A stretch of DNA of 64,000 nt from an uncultured Chloroflexia bacterium (GCA_963835945.1 CAWIHR010000010.1:5857-69856); one strand, 5' to 3'; counted from the first letter of the stretch, positions 9,539 through 18,767 are shown. Notes: generated by a model from the letters alone, not told the origin. Numbers and translations are program-made.

Positions 9539-9835
9539 ATGTACGGAACGATCGCGCCGGCTCCGCATCCGCAAGGACGCGGAGCCCAGCCTCCTCGAAG
9601 TGCTGAACGCATGGAGGACCGTCCGGTGGCGGGGTCCGTCGCCAGCTACGTGTACCGGTTGGACAACGACCCGCAGGATCTGATGCTGGCCGTGTTCTTC
9701 ACCGACCGCGACGCCTACGTGCGGAATGCCGACGATCCCGCCCAGGACGTGGAGTACCGAAGGCTGCGCGAGCTCTTGGAGCGCGACCGGGAATGGCACC
9801 ACGGGGAGGTCATCTGGAGTTTGACCAGGTCGTGA
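9539..9835 (+). CDS. Small ABM-like (antibiotic biosynthesis monooxygenase fold) protein, possibly with an internal out-of-frame patch
   Basis: MYGTIA...VAGSVASYVYRLDNDPQDLMLAVFFTDRDAYVRNADDPAQDVEYRRLRELLERDREWHHGEVIW resembles small ABM-type proteins. Codons about 7-27 read better in another frame (RLRIRKDAEPSLLEVLNAW). The upstream extension to 9446 looks non-coding. Confidence 0.5.
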   Translation: MYGTIAPAPHPQGRGAQPPRSAERMEDRPVAGSVASYVYRLDNDPQDLMLAVFFTDRDAYVRNADDPAQDVEYRRLRELLERDREWHHGEVIWSLTRS

Positions 9836-10704
9836 GCCATCGGCTGGCGGCGGTTGCCGGTGATGGGGCGGTTCGCCCTCACTTCAGACTGAGGCGGTGC
9901 TGATCCAACCCGCAACGAACCGCACTGGACCGCCATAGGCTCGCCGCGTCTGGGCGTGTGACATGTACGCCCCGTACTCGGAGCGACGGGACCTCTGCCG
10001 TGTGATGTCCGTGTTCCCCAAGTTGTCCACACCCGACAGCGACGCTGTGGATATCTGATCACTCCGCTCGGAAATCATGGACGCCTCGCAAGACTAGGCA
10101 AGCAACGGCGACCGGGGTCATCTCCACGTGGGCGCGGGTGACGAGCCGGAAAGACCTCTCGACGGCCTCGGGGCCCTCAGGGGCGCCCGACGTGCCCGCG
10201 CGACTTGAGATGCCGAGTGATTGTGACCGACAACCGCAAATCTGACATCGGGCGCGGCCGTCTCTCACCCAGCGGCCGGGCTCGTGTGTCACGGATGAGC
10301 GCGAGGGCCCGACCGGCTATCCGTCTCCCTAGCCCCGCTCCGCGTGGCGACGGCGATCCCGGGAAACCCCGACTGGCGTGTGCCGGTCAGCGCGAGCGCC
10401 GGCGACGGGGGCGCTCTACTCGGTCGGCACGAACCCGACGGAGACGAGTTGCCCGAGCGGATCCGAATGACCGCCCGTGAAGGGCAAGGGAGCGATGGAG
10501 ACCTACCTGGCCGTGTCGAGAGGCGCCGACGTTTGAGCGGGGCTGTGGTGTCCGTTCTCCGAAGGGACGACCCCTTTGGCGGTCTAGGCGGGAAGGCCCG
10601 CCAGCACAGCGCCGAGCTGCCGCATCATCCCTCCCCTATGCTGCGTCCCGCTCGGGGATCTCGGTCCCTTTCGGTGGCCACCACGGCGAGGAGGACGATC
10701 ACGC

Positions 10705-11265
10705 GTGTCGACGCTTGGCCAAGTCGCGGACATCGTGCACTGGTACCCCGGCTTCCTGCCGGGTGTCGCGGTGTCACTCGTGGTGGCCATCGTCGCCAGC
10801 GGCCCGGCGGCGCGGGCACTGGGAAGCGGGCGAATACTTGCCGGCGCGCTCGTGTTCAGCCTCGGGATCGTCCTCTCGGCCACGCTGACGCCCAGCCCGT
10901 CCGGCCTTGCGCGCGACCTCGCCGGCCTGAGACCCCCAGAACACTACCGCCCGACGTGCGACCTCAGCCGGATCGGCCCAGCGCCCATCGGCGAGTACGT
11001 CACGCTCAACGACATCAGTCTCAACGTGCTGCTGCTCGTCCCGTTGGGCCTCACCATCGGACTGCTCCGGCCGTCGCGACAGAAGACGGCGATCCTTCTG
11101 CTGGCGCTGGCGCTGCCCTTCATCGTCGAAGGCACGCAGCTGGTGGTGGTGTCCCTCGATCGAGCGTGCCAAGCCGGGGACGTCTTCGACAACCTGCTGG
11201 GGCTCGTGCTCGGCCTCGCAGTTGGGACGTCGGCAGGCTGGCTCCTGAGACATCGGGACGCCTGA
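10705..11265 (+). CDS. VanZ-like family membrane protein
   Basis: 186 aa, several TM segments, with the VanZ-like pattern ISLNVLLLVPLGLTIG...LPFIVEGTQLVV...DVFDNLLGLVLGLAVG. GAGGAGG lies 10 nt upstream of the GTG. Confidence 0.7.
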   Translation: MSTLGQVADIVHWYPGFLPGVAVSLVVAIVASGPAARALGSGRILAGALVFSLGIVLSATLTPSPSGLARDLAGLRPPEHYRPTCDLSRIGPAPIGEYVTLNDISLNVLLLVPLGLTIGLLRPSRQKTAILLLALALPFIVEGTQLVVVSLDRACQAGDVFDNLLGLVLGLAVGTSAGWLLRHRDA

Positions 11266-11334
11266 CCGCACCGGACCGACAGCTCGTCACCGCCCGGGAC
11301 CTGCTCGAGGCAGGGCGAGCCGCGGACAATGCCC

Positions 11335-12162
11335 TTAGCGCGCCGTAACTCGATGCGCCAGGTCTCCCGCGCTGGATTGGGGCGCCGGGATCACCAGCCG
11401 TTCGCCCACGTAGATCGTGTTCAGGTCGGTGATGCCGTTGGCCGCGGCCAGCGCCTGCACGCTGACGCCGTAGCGCCGGGCAATCACGGTGAGGTTCTCG
11501 CCGGCGAGGACCACATGGACCGTAGACGAGGCGGCCGGCGACGCCGAGAGGGATGCTGATGGCGTCACGGAAGGGCCGGGTGGCGAGGCTGGTGCGCTGG
11601 CCAGCGCCGTGGCCGGCGTCGGAACGGCAGAGACGACTACGACGGACGCCCCGGTTCCGTACTGGCGGGCGAGCAGTGCGGCGGAGAGGAACGCGAGCCC
11701 GTACCCGATGGTGCCCGCGACGAGGAGCAGCACAAAGAGCGCCGAGAGGCGGCGCACAGCAGACACGAGGCGCCGAGGTCGCCGGGTGCCGGGCGCTGGC
11801 GTCGACTCAACCCGCCGGATGCCGAGCACCGGTCCCGGAGCCGCCACCGGCACCTCGGGAGGGCGTGTCTCCGGGCCAGAGGCGGAACGCGCGGCAGCCA
11901 CGACCGCCGTGGAAGCGGGCTCGACCGCGGCAGGCACGACCGCCGTGGGTGCTGGTCCGCCGCCCACGGTCGGAGTGCCCATCTCGGCGCTGGCGAGCCA
12001 GTAGACAGGCTCCTCGCCGGTCTCCCCGGACGCCGCGCCGGGCGCTTCGGCCGGGGCGTCGAGCACGTCGAGCCGTTCGGTCCCCCCGGACGCCGCACTG
12101 CCCGGTCCCGCGGGGCTGCCGGAGGGCAGGACGTCCGGACTGTCGAGATCCGAGCCGGCCAT
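11335..12162 (-). CDS. LysM domain-containing membrane-anchored protein
   Basis: The C-terminal LysM motif is VHVVLAGENLTVIARRYGVSVQALAAANGITDLNTIYVGERLVIP. There is a central TM helix (LSALFVLLLVAGTIGYGLAFLSAALLA) and a Pro/Ala-rich N-terminus. Confidence 0.8.
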   Translation of the reverse strand: MAGSDLDSPDVLPSGSPAGPGSAASGGTERLDVLDAPAEAPGAASGETGEEPVYWLASAEMGTPTVGGGPAPTAVVPAAVEPASTAVVAAARSASGPETRPPEVPVAAPGPVLGIRRVESTPAPGTRRPRRLVSAVRRLSALFVLLLVAGTIGYGLAFLSAALLARQYGTGASVVVVSAVPTPATALASAPASPPGPSVTPSASLSASPAASSTVHVVLAGENLTVIARRYGVSVQALAAANGITDLNTIYVGERLVIPAPQSSAGDLAHRVTAR

Positions 12163-12568
12163 GTGGCGAGGATATCAATGCCCCAAGAATGGACGCTGGA
12201 CGGGTGTTAGATCGCTCAGTGGGCCCGCCTACCGGCGCAGCCCCGACGACGCTCCCTCCCGACCGCGCCGCTGGAGTCGACGGCTCGGCGGCTTCGATGA
12301 CGAGAGTGATGCAATGCGGCGCCGGCGTGCCGCCGAAGGCCGACGTGCGGACGTAGATGTTGGTGACGGCCTTCTTCAGATAGTAGAGCTCGGGTGGCTC
12401 CGCGCACGAGCGGTGGACTCGTCGCGTTCGAAAGACACCACACGCAAGAGCCACACGATGGGCGGATCGTGGCCATTTCGCGACTCGGGTCTTCCCCCAG
12501 GCGTGGCCGACAAGGCAGTCGGCCCGGGCCCCCTGAACCCCAATGAAAGGGCCTCGCAGGAGTTCCGT

Positions 12569-13849
12569 CTAGTGCACGACGCCGAACGTCCCGAGCGTCC
12601 CCCAGAGCCCGAGCGCGAGCAGGCCAGCAGCGACCCCCCAGCAGAGCGCGGAACGCACCCGTCCGTTGGCGAGCTCGCCCAGGATCGTCCGATCGCCGGC
12701 CATGCGGACGAGGCAGGTGAGGGGGATCGCGAGGACCACGACGTTCAAGATCATTGCGTCGATGACCACCGTGACCAGGTCACGGGCGAGGAGCGCCACG
12801 AGCGCGGCGGGTACCACCTCGAGCAGGTACAGCGCGTAGAAGCCGGGTGCCCGACGCAGTGAGACGTTCAGGCTGTGCGGCCAGCGGAATAGCTCCGCCC
12901 AGGCCCAGGCCGACGACAGAGAGATCACGACGGCCGCGAGCAGGCCGGCCCCCACCATGCCGACCGCGATGAGGACCGCGGGTGCGCCGCTCGCCAGGCG
13001 GGCGAGTCCGACCGGCAGGGTGCCCATGTGCGCCCCGATCCCGGTGGCCGGACCAGCCATGGCCGCCGCCGCGGCGACGACGACGGCGCCCATCAGCAGC
13101 TCGCTGGCGATGGCCCCCACGAAGGTCTCGGTGCGCGCGGCGCCGAGGTCCTCCACCCGCAGTCCCTTGTCGACCGTGGCGGCCTGCTGGTAGAAGAGCA
13201 TCCAGGGCATGATCACCGCGCCCACGGTCGCCACGACGAGATCGAGGTACGCGCGGTTCCCCACTGGTTGCGCCACCGACAGGCCGCCCAGGACCGCTGC
13301 GGGGTCCGGGTGCACCGTGAACGCCAGCACCACGAAGGTGAAGAGAGCGAACGAGAGGACGAGGGCCACCCGCTCGTAGCGGCGGTAGCTGGAAGTCAGC
13401 ACCATGAGCGTATGGAAGACGAGCGCGAAGGCCACGGCCACCCACGCCGGCACGCCCAGGATCGAGGCGCCCAGCACAATGCCAGCGAACTCCGCCACGT
13501 AGGCCAGCAGGTTGATTGCGGCCATCGAGACCACCGCGACGGCTGCCCAGCCGACGCCATAGTGCTCGCGCAGGAGCTCGGCATGCCCCAGCCCAGTGAC
13601 CACACCGAGGCGCGCGGTCATCTCCTGCACGAGATAGAGGACCGGGATGAGGAGCACGAGCGGCAGCAAGAGCGCGTAGCCGAAGTCGGTACCGGCCTTC
13701 GCGGCGGTCAGGACGCTCGGCGCATCCACGTCAGCGAGCATGACGATCCAGGCGGGACCGAGCACGCGCAGCAGCCGGCGCAGGTCCAGGCGCTGCATGC
13801 CGACCGCACTCCACCGGACAGCACGGCGCGCCAGGGACGCGCCGGTCAT
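12569..13849 (-). CDS. mntH: NRAMP-family divalent metal (Mn/Fe) transporter
   Basis: 426 aa and polytopic. LGPAWIVMLADVDAPSVLTAAKAGTDFGYALLLPLVLLIPVLYLVQEMTARLGVVTG is the NRAMP signature region. The start may instead be the internal Met at 13798. Confidence 0.9.
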   Translation of the reverse strand: MTGASLARRAVRWSAVGMQRLDLRRLLRVLGPAWIVMLADVDAPSVLTAAKAGTDFGYALLLPLVLLIPVLYLVQEMTARLGVVTGLGHAELLREHYGVGWAAVAVVSMAAINLLAYVAEFAGIVLGASILGVPAWVAVAFALVFHTLMVLTSSYRRYERVALVLSFALFTFVVLAFTVHPDPAAVLGGLSVAQPVGNRAYLDLVVATVGAVIMPWMLFYQQAATVDKGLRVEDLGAARTETFVGAIASELLMGAVVVAAAAAMAGPATGIGAHMGTLPVGLARLASGAPAVLIAVGMVGAGLLAAVVISLSSAWAWAELFRWPHSLNVSLRRAPGFYALYLLEVVPAALVALLARDLVTVVIDAMILNVVVLAIPLTCLVRMAGDRTILGELANGRVRSALCWGVAAGLLALGLWGTLGTFGVVH

Positions 13850-13931
13850 CGCCGGATCACGTGGGCGGAGTGCACATCAGCAGTGAACTGCCTTGCGTCG
13901 GGCACCGCGCAGAGCCGATGGTCCCCTCGTT

Positions 13932-13965
13932 GGGTAATATCCGATCTGTCGACTCGGAATTACCC
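13932..13965. promoter_or_regulatory. AT-rich inverted repeat upstream of the NRAMP gene (candidate metalloregulator operator)
   Basis: GGGTAATATCCGA-(9 nt)-TCGGAATTACCC lies 85-115 bp upstream of the mntH-like start. It is near-perfect (one unpaired A) and stands out in composition from the GC-rich surroundings. Confidence 0.3.
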
Positions 13966-14202
13966 ACTACTCGCCCTCCCTGCTGGACCCGGCTGCGAGG
14001 AGAGGTGATTCCTCGCAGTCGTCCAGGCAGCCTGGGTGCTGGGCGTCAGCACTCGCTGGGGTCGATGGGTCGCGTCCCTCAGTGGCTGCCTCCGTGACGG
14101 CCCGACTTCATCATGCTGACCGTCCCATTGATCAGTTCACGTGATTAGATATTGAAGTGCTTGGACTTGCTCTGATCAAGCACAGGGGATACCGTCAAGT
14201 GC

Positions 14203-14355
14203 ATGGATTCGCTCGTGTTTATGGCCCTTGCTCTCGTGGTCTTCGTGCTCCTCGCGATCGAGATGGGGTCTGACTCGCGCCCGGTAGATGACGCCCGCCA
14301 TTGGTGGCCCGCCACGCACGACGACGACGCCGCGTATCCGCAGCACCACGCCTGA
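14203..14355 (+). CDS. Possible small membrane protein (50 aa)
   Basis: Below the track's size cut-off. ATG is preceded by AGGGGA, and the product is MDSLVFMALALVVFVLLAIEMGSDSRPVDDARHWWPATHDDDAAYPQHHA (one TM helix plus a polar tail). It sits just downstream of an AT-rich promoter-like island. Confidence 0.3.
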   Translation: MDSLVFMALALVVFVLLAIEMGSDSRPVDDARHWWPATHDDDAAYPQHHA

Positions 14356-14669
14356 TCCGAAGACATCAACTGCCATTCGCTTGGGCTCTGTTATTCGCCC
14401 AGAGCCCAAGCGAACCTGGCTCCTCGACACACGGCCCGCCGTTCTCAGCGTCGCTTTCTTGGCGTCACTGTGGGCTCCGGGGTCCGTGGCGTGCCGCACA
14501 GGCTGGGTCACAGGGGCGACGCTCATGCGCTCCGCTCCCCTGCCTGAGCGAGCGCCTTCGCACGAAGTGGACTGTGGTGGGTGGGTCAGACATGGCGGTG
14601 CAGAGCCACTCGCACCTCCGACCTTTACGAGCGTGGCGTTCCGGCCACGGGCGCTCCGTGTCCACGGGC

Positions 14670-15033
14670 CTACGGCAGCGGCAGCGTCTCGGTGCCGGCC
14701 CCGAACCCCGTCACATCGACGACGGTCGGTTCGTCGGGCTCCCAATCCCCCACGGCGCCGACGAGATCGAGCTGCCGCTCGACGTGGTCCCACACCGTCT
14801 GGGGGTCCGTGCCGGGCTCGAAGGGTGTCGCACCGTCCCAGGCACAGGCGCCGGACGCCTCCAGCACGACCGTGCGCAGCAGGTAGCCGCCCGCGAGGTT
14901 TCCGAGGAGGAGGACGCTGGCCGTCCGGCCGTCGGGGCCATGCCACGTGGCCAGGTACACCGGAAAGACCGACGGCGGCAGGGCGAGCCCGACGCGAAGG
15001 TTGGGCTGCGTGGCCGCGTTGCGGAGTCCGCCC
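14670..15033 (-). CDS. Hypothetical protein (about 121 aa)
   Basis: Only the 3' part of track ORF 14670-15737 looks protein-like: MGGLRNAATQPNLRVGLALPPSVFPVYLATWHGPDGRTASVLLLGNLAGGYLLRTVVLEASGACAWDGATPFEPGTDPQTVWDHVERQLDLVGAVGDWEPDEPTVVDVTGF. No family recognised. Confidence 0.3.
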
Positions 15034-15040
15034 ATCTCCT

Positions 15041-15300
15041 TCACACGCCGACCAACCCCGCCCGCGCGAGGGCCTCGGCCGCGCGGGCCCCCAGGGCGTC
15101 GGGGGTCTGCTGGGCGTAGCGGCGCGTGACGTCGGTCGAGCTGTGCCCGAGGTAGCGGGAGACTTCCTTGAGGGGCATGCCGTGGTTGACGAGCAGCGTG
15201 GCTGTGGCGTGGCGGATGCGGTGGGAGCCGACGGTGGGCAGCGTGCCGCCTCCGGCGTGGTGGCGCCGGCGCAGCATGAGGGAGAGGGAGTTGACCGTAA
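15041..15300 (-). pseudogene. Tyrosine recombinase / phage-type integrase, C-terminal stub
   Basis: The end of track ORF 15041-15535 reads ...LPTVGSHRIRHATATLLVNHGMPLKEVSRYLGHSSTDVTRRYAQQTPDALGARAAEALARAGLVGV*. This is the H-x-x-R ... LGHSS...T..Y catalytic box II region. Nothing upstream resembles the rest of an integrase. Confidence 0.65.
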
Positions 15301-15558
15301 TCACAACCCGGCCGACACCACAGCCCGTGCCGCCTTGGCGAGTGTTCGCGAATGTCACCAATACCAGCGCCGGGCCCTGCCGCCTCGGACGTTGCCGAGG
15401 TTGCTGTGCTCTGGGAGCGCGCCACGCGAGTGGTTGCCCGTCTAGTCCGGCGCGTCGTCGGCTCAGGCTGCGCATGGGAGCGACCTCTCTCGCCGCGAAC
15501 CGCGCGACCAAAGCATGGCTGTCGAGGTCCGCCAAGTGTTGCTGGTACCGTAGGCGGC

Positions 15559-16428
15559 ATGCGAGCCGCCTTCAGCATCGACCCCGGCCAGGGCCTCGGC
15601 GAGCGCGACGAACTCGACCTCGTTCGTCTCGCAGCCGCGCTCGGATACGCGGCTGCGTGGACGCCGTCGGGTGCCGATGCGGCCGCCTTCGAGCGTTGCC
15701 TGCGCTGGCACGAGGCGAGCGGTCTCCCGGTCGGCATTTCGGCCGTCCCGGCCTCCGGGCAGCCGCCGGCCTTCTACGCGGAGCACGCCCGGCGCGCCTG
15801 GGAGGGGACTGGGGGACGGTTCACCCTCGTCGCCGGGAGCGTCCGCATGGCGCACCCGGCCAGTGGCATGCGCCAGTACCTGGCTGACCTCCGGAGCCTC
15901 CTGCCGCCCGGGCTCCCGCTCTTCCTGGCCGCGCTCGGCCCGCTGATGCTGGGCGTCGGCGGCGTGCTGGCCGACGGCGTGGCACTCAACTGGTGCACGG
16001 CCGCGCAGGTCGCCTGGTCGCGTACCCGCGTCGCGAGCGTCGCGATGGCCGCCGGCCGGCCGGTCCCGTCCCTCGTCGAGTACATCCGGACGGCGGTGGA
16101 TCCCGACCCGGGCGTCGCCCGCGCCACCCTCGGCGCAGCCGTGCGTCCATACGCCCTCGGGATTGGCGGCTACCGGGCGCACTTCGAGCGCATGGGCTTC
16201 GCGGGCGAACTACAGCGCGTCGAGGCGCAGGCAGCCGACTGGGATCCGGCCTTCCTCTCGGCCGTGGGGGCGTGGGGTGTTCCCGGCAAGGTGCGTAGCC
16301 AGGTCGAGTGCCTGGCGGACGGCCTCGACCTGCCCATCGTGCGCGTGCTCGTGGCGCACCGCGGCGACGCCGCGTCCGCGCGGGCCGTCCTCGAGGAGTG
16401 CGCCCCGGCTCGGTCAAGCGAGACCTGA
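15559..16428 (+). CDS. LLM-class (luciferase-like) flavin/F420-dependent oxidoreductase
   Basis: 289 aa from ATG 15559. MRAAFSIDPGQGLG...LVRLAAALGYAAAWTPSG...LFLAALGPLMLGVGGVLADGVALNWCT...FERMGFAGE...GVPGKVRSQVECLADGLDLPIVRVL follows the usual TIM-barrel LLM layout. Confidence 0.8.
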   Translation: MRAAFSIDPGQGLGERDELDLVRLAAALGYAAAWTPSGADAAAFERCLRWHEASGLPVGISAVPASGQPPAFYAEHARRAWEGTGGRFTLVAGSVRMAHPASGMRQYLADLRSLLPPGLPLFLAALGPLMLGVGGVLADGVALNWCTAAQVAWSRTRVASVAMAAGRPVPSLVEYIRTAVDPDPGVARATLGAAVRPYALGIGGYRAHFERMGFAGELQRVEAQAADWDPAFLSAVGAWGVPGKVRSQVECLADGLDLPIVRVLVAHRGDAASARAVLEECAPARSSET

Positions 16429-16561
16429 AGGGGCGAGCAGACAGCTCGGGGCGCCTAGTCGATCCAACAGAGCTGTCGCTCGCGCAGGGGCGGGTGGCAC
16501 CGGTGACGCTCGCGCCTTGGCTGTGCCGCAACGAACGGTCTCGACCCTCGCACGACTCGAT

Positions 16562-16662
16562 GGGGGCACCCAGATCACCGACGACGGGGTACCGCTCTAC
16601 TACTTCATGGACCACAGCAGGCCCAGCGACACCGTCGGCCAGGGCAAGGACGGCGTCTTCGC
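16562..16662 (+). pseudogene. Stub of a Yx(FWY)xxD-repeat lipoprotein (COG4315-like), one repeat only
   Basis: GGTQITDDGVPLYYFMDHSRPSDTVGQGKDGVF matches the repeat G.Q.TY.G.PLYYF..D..PGDT.GQG..G.W. There is no start, signal peptide or second repeat around it. Confidence 0.4.
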
Positions 16663-16818
16663 TTGCTCGGCCGGCGGTAGCCCGAATGAGCTGCAAGCGC
16701 GGGTACGTCCGATCGCGAGCGAGACGCACGAGTCTGTGGTGAACTTCAGCGTCCGCACCAGCCAGTGCGGTGCTGCCCGGGAGATGGGCGGCTTCGGGGT
16801 CGGACACGGGGGATCGAG

Positions 16819-17316
16819 ATGCCATCACAGCCTGCTCCACAGATCCGCAAGCGGGTGCGCAAGCTCCTCATCGCGCAGGTAAGCCATGAGCTCGGGGCGC
16901 ACCAGGCGTACATGGGCATCGCGCTCTACTTCGAGCGCCGCAGCCTGAAGGTCTGGGCGAAGTTCTTCCACGACCAGGCCGTAGAAGAGGCGGGTCACGC
17001 GGCCAAGATCATGACCTTCCTGATCGACAACGAGGTGCGCTTCGATCTCCCCGCGCTGACGGGTGCGCCGACGAGCTACAAGTCGGCCCGCGAGGCGGTA
17101 GAGGCGGCTCTCGCGAGCGAGATCCGTGTCACCGGCCAGTTCAACGCGCTGGCCGACGCGGCGCGCGCCGCGGAGGATCACCGCAGCCTGCAGTTCCTGC
17201 AGTGGTTCATCGAGGAGCAGGTCGAAGAGGAGCGCACCATGCGCGCGCTGCTTGACCTGCTGGCCAGCAACATGGACCCCTTCCAGGCCCAGGCGTTCCT
17301 CGAGGACATCGGGTAG
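16819..17316 (+). CDS. Ferritin (non-haem, Ftn/BfrB-like)
   Basis: 165 aa. AQVSHELGAHQAYMGIALYF...FFHDQAVEEAGHAAKIMTFL...ASEIRVTGQFNAL...FLQWFIEEQVEEE carries the ferroxidase-centre Glu/His pattern. GGGGGA lies upstream of the ATG. Confidence 0.9.
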   Translation: MPSQPAPQIRKRVRKLLIAQVSHELGAHQAYMGIALYFERRSLKVWAKFFHDQAVEEAGHAAKIMTFLIDNEVRFDLPALTGAPTSYKSAREAVEAALASEIRVTGQFNALADAARAAEDHRSLQFLQWFIEEQVEEERTMRALLDLLASNMDPFQAQAFLEDIG

Positions 17317-17524
17317 GGAGAGCGATCCCCGGCACGATCTCGCCATGGTGTGGGCCGCTGCACGCAGAACGGGCGTGGCGTCTCCGTCGTCGGCCGCAGT
17401 CTGCCGGGTGCGCCTTCAACGAGCTGCTAGTCGGCCAGGGCGGTAAGACCGGCTCACGGTGGATCGACGCTCCAGGCCGACTGACCGGGAGAGGCGGTCG
17501 AGAGAGCCGGCCCGCGGTGGTCTC

Positions 17525-18767
17525 TCAGACCGCCAATAGGGGCAAGGTCACCAGGACGATCGCGCCGCCGCTGGCCGCGTTATCGGCCGCGATCGTCCCG
17601 CCGTGGGCGGAGACAACGTCGCGGGCAATAGCCAGGCCGAGTCCCGAACCGGCGGAACCGGGCCCCTTGACGAAGCGATCGAAGACGCGGGGCAGCAGCT
17701 CCGCCGGGAAGCCGGTCCCGGTGTCGCACACCGCGATGCTGAGCACGCCCCCCGCCGCCGCGACGGCCACGGTGATCCGCCCCCCCCGACGGCGTGTGGT
17801 CGAGAGCGTTCGAGATCAGGTTGCCCAGCACGGCCCGGATGCGAGCCGCGTCGATCGAGACCGATGGCAGGGCTGGCGGCAGCTCGGCGGCGAGTGAGAC
17901 CCCCGCGCCGTCGGCCCGCGCCCGGAACGCCGACAGTGTCTCGTTGACGAGCAGCGCCGGGTCGACGGGCTCCCGGTCGAGCGGCAGGCTGCCCGTCTCG
18001 GCGAGCCCGAGCGTGCGGACGTCCTCAACGAGCCGTTCGAGCGTCGCCGCCTGGGCGAGCGCCGGCTCGACATGCTCCGGGTCGGGCGGGTACACGCCGT
18101 CGCGGAGTGCCTCGAGCTGCCCCCGGATCACCGCGATCGGCGTGCGCAACTCATGGGCCAAATCGGCCATGAAGGCGCGGCGCCGGACCTCGGTCCCCTC
18201 CAGGCGCGCCGCCATGGCGTTAAATGCCCGGGCCGCGGTCCGCAGCTCCTCCTGTCGCGGTTCGACAAGCCGTACTGCGTAGTCGCCGTCCTCCACCCGC
18301 TCAACTGCGTCCACGAGCGCCACGAGCTGCCGGCCCATGGCACGCAGGGCGCGTGCCATGCCGGCGAGGAACACAGCGCTCAAGGCGAATGCGGCGATCG
18401 CGCCCGCCAGCGCGCCAGCCGGCGCAGAGACGACCCCGAGGGCGATGGCCGCGATCCACAGGCCGATGGCAGCCGCCACGGTCGCCACAGCGACGAGCAG
18501 AAGGAGGAGACAGCCCGCTCGCCACACGAACGCGTGGCGACCCCGCCCGCCTCGACGCGGGCGCGGCGGCCACGGCTCGTCGACTGGCCACCAGGGCGGG
18601 CGAGGGCCAGGGCGACCCGGGCGGCGCCAGTGGTGGTCGGTGTGGCGACTCCCAGAGTCATGGGCACCGCCCGCGCTCGTCGCGCTGGGTGCCGACCCAA
18701 GCGCCGGCCCCGTGGCTCCGTCGGGCCCGGTTGCGGCGCTCACGCGTGCCCGTCCCACAGGCATCAA
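17525..18767 (-). pseudogene. Sensor histidine kinase (HAMP-HisKA-HATPase), split by a +1 shift in a G8/C8 run
   Basis: The H-box is FMADLAHELRTPIAVIRGQLEAL and the N-box is VLGNLISNALDHTPSGG. The frame then breaks at the 8-C run 17780-17787 and resumes in track ORF 17525-17770 (ITVAVAAAGGVLSIAVCDTGTGFPAELLPRVFDRFVKGPGSAGSGLGLAIARDVVSAHGGTI). Its start overlaps the regulator stop (ATGA). Confidence 0.85.

Noticed and set aside
9840-10700. Lower-GC 0.85-kb gap before the VanZ gene, checked for small genes or structured RNA
   Set aside because: It contains only short, unconvincing ORFs, such as a 31-codon ATG ORF near 9961. I could recognise no riboswitch-like conserved core or strong hairpins by eye.
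12300-12540. Possible remnant of a P-loop kinase on the minus strand (…IGVQGARADCLVGHAWGKTRVAKW…PELYYLKKAVTNIYVRTSAFGGTPAPHCITLVIEA)
   Set aside because: The Walker-A resemblance is poor, there is no start or stop structure, and the frame runs into the LysM gene out of frame. It is too weak to call.
14288-15737. Long ORFs 14288-15445 (+) and 14670-15737 (-)
   Set aside because: They are mostly Arg/Pro/Ala-rich shadow frames. Only the 3' 121 codons of the minus ORF and the integrase tail in a third frame were retained.
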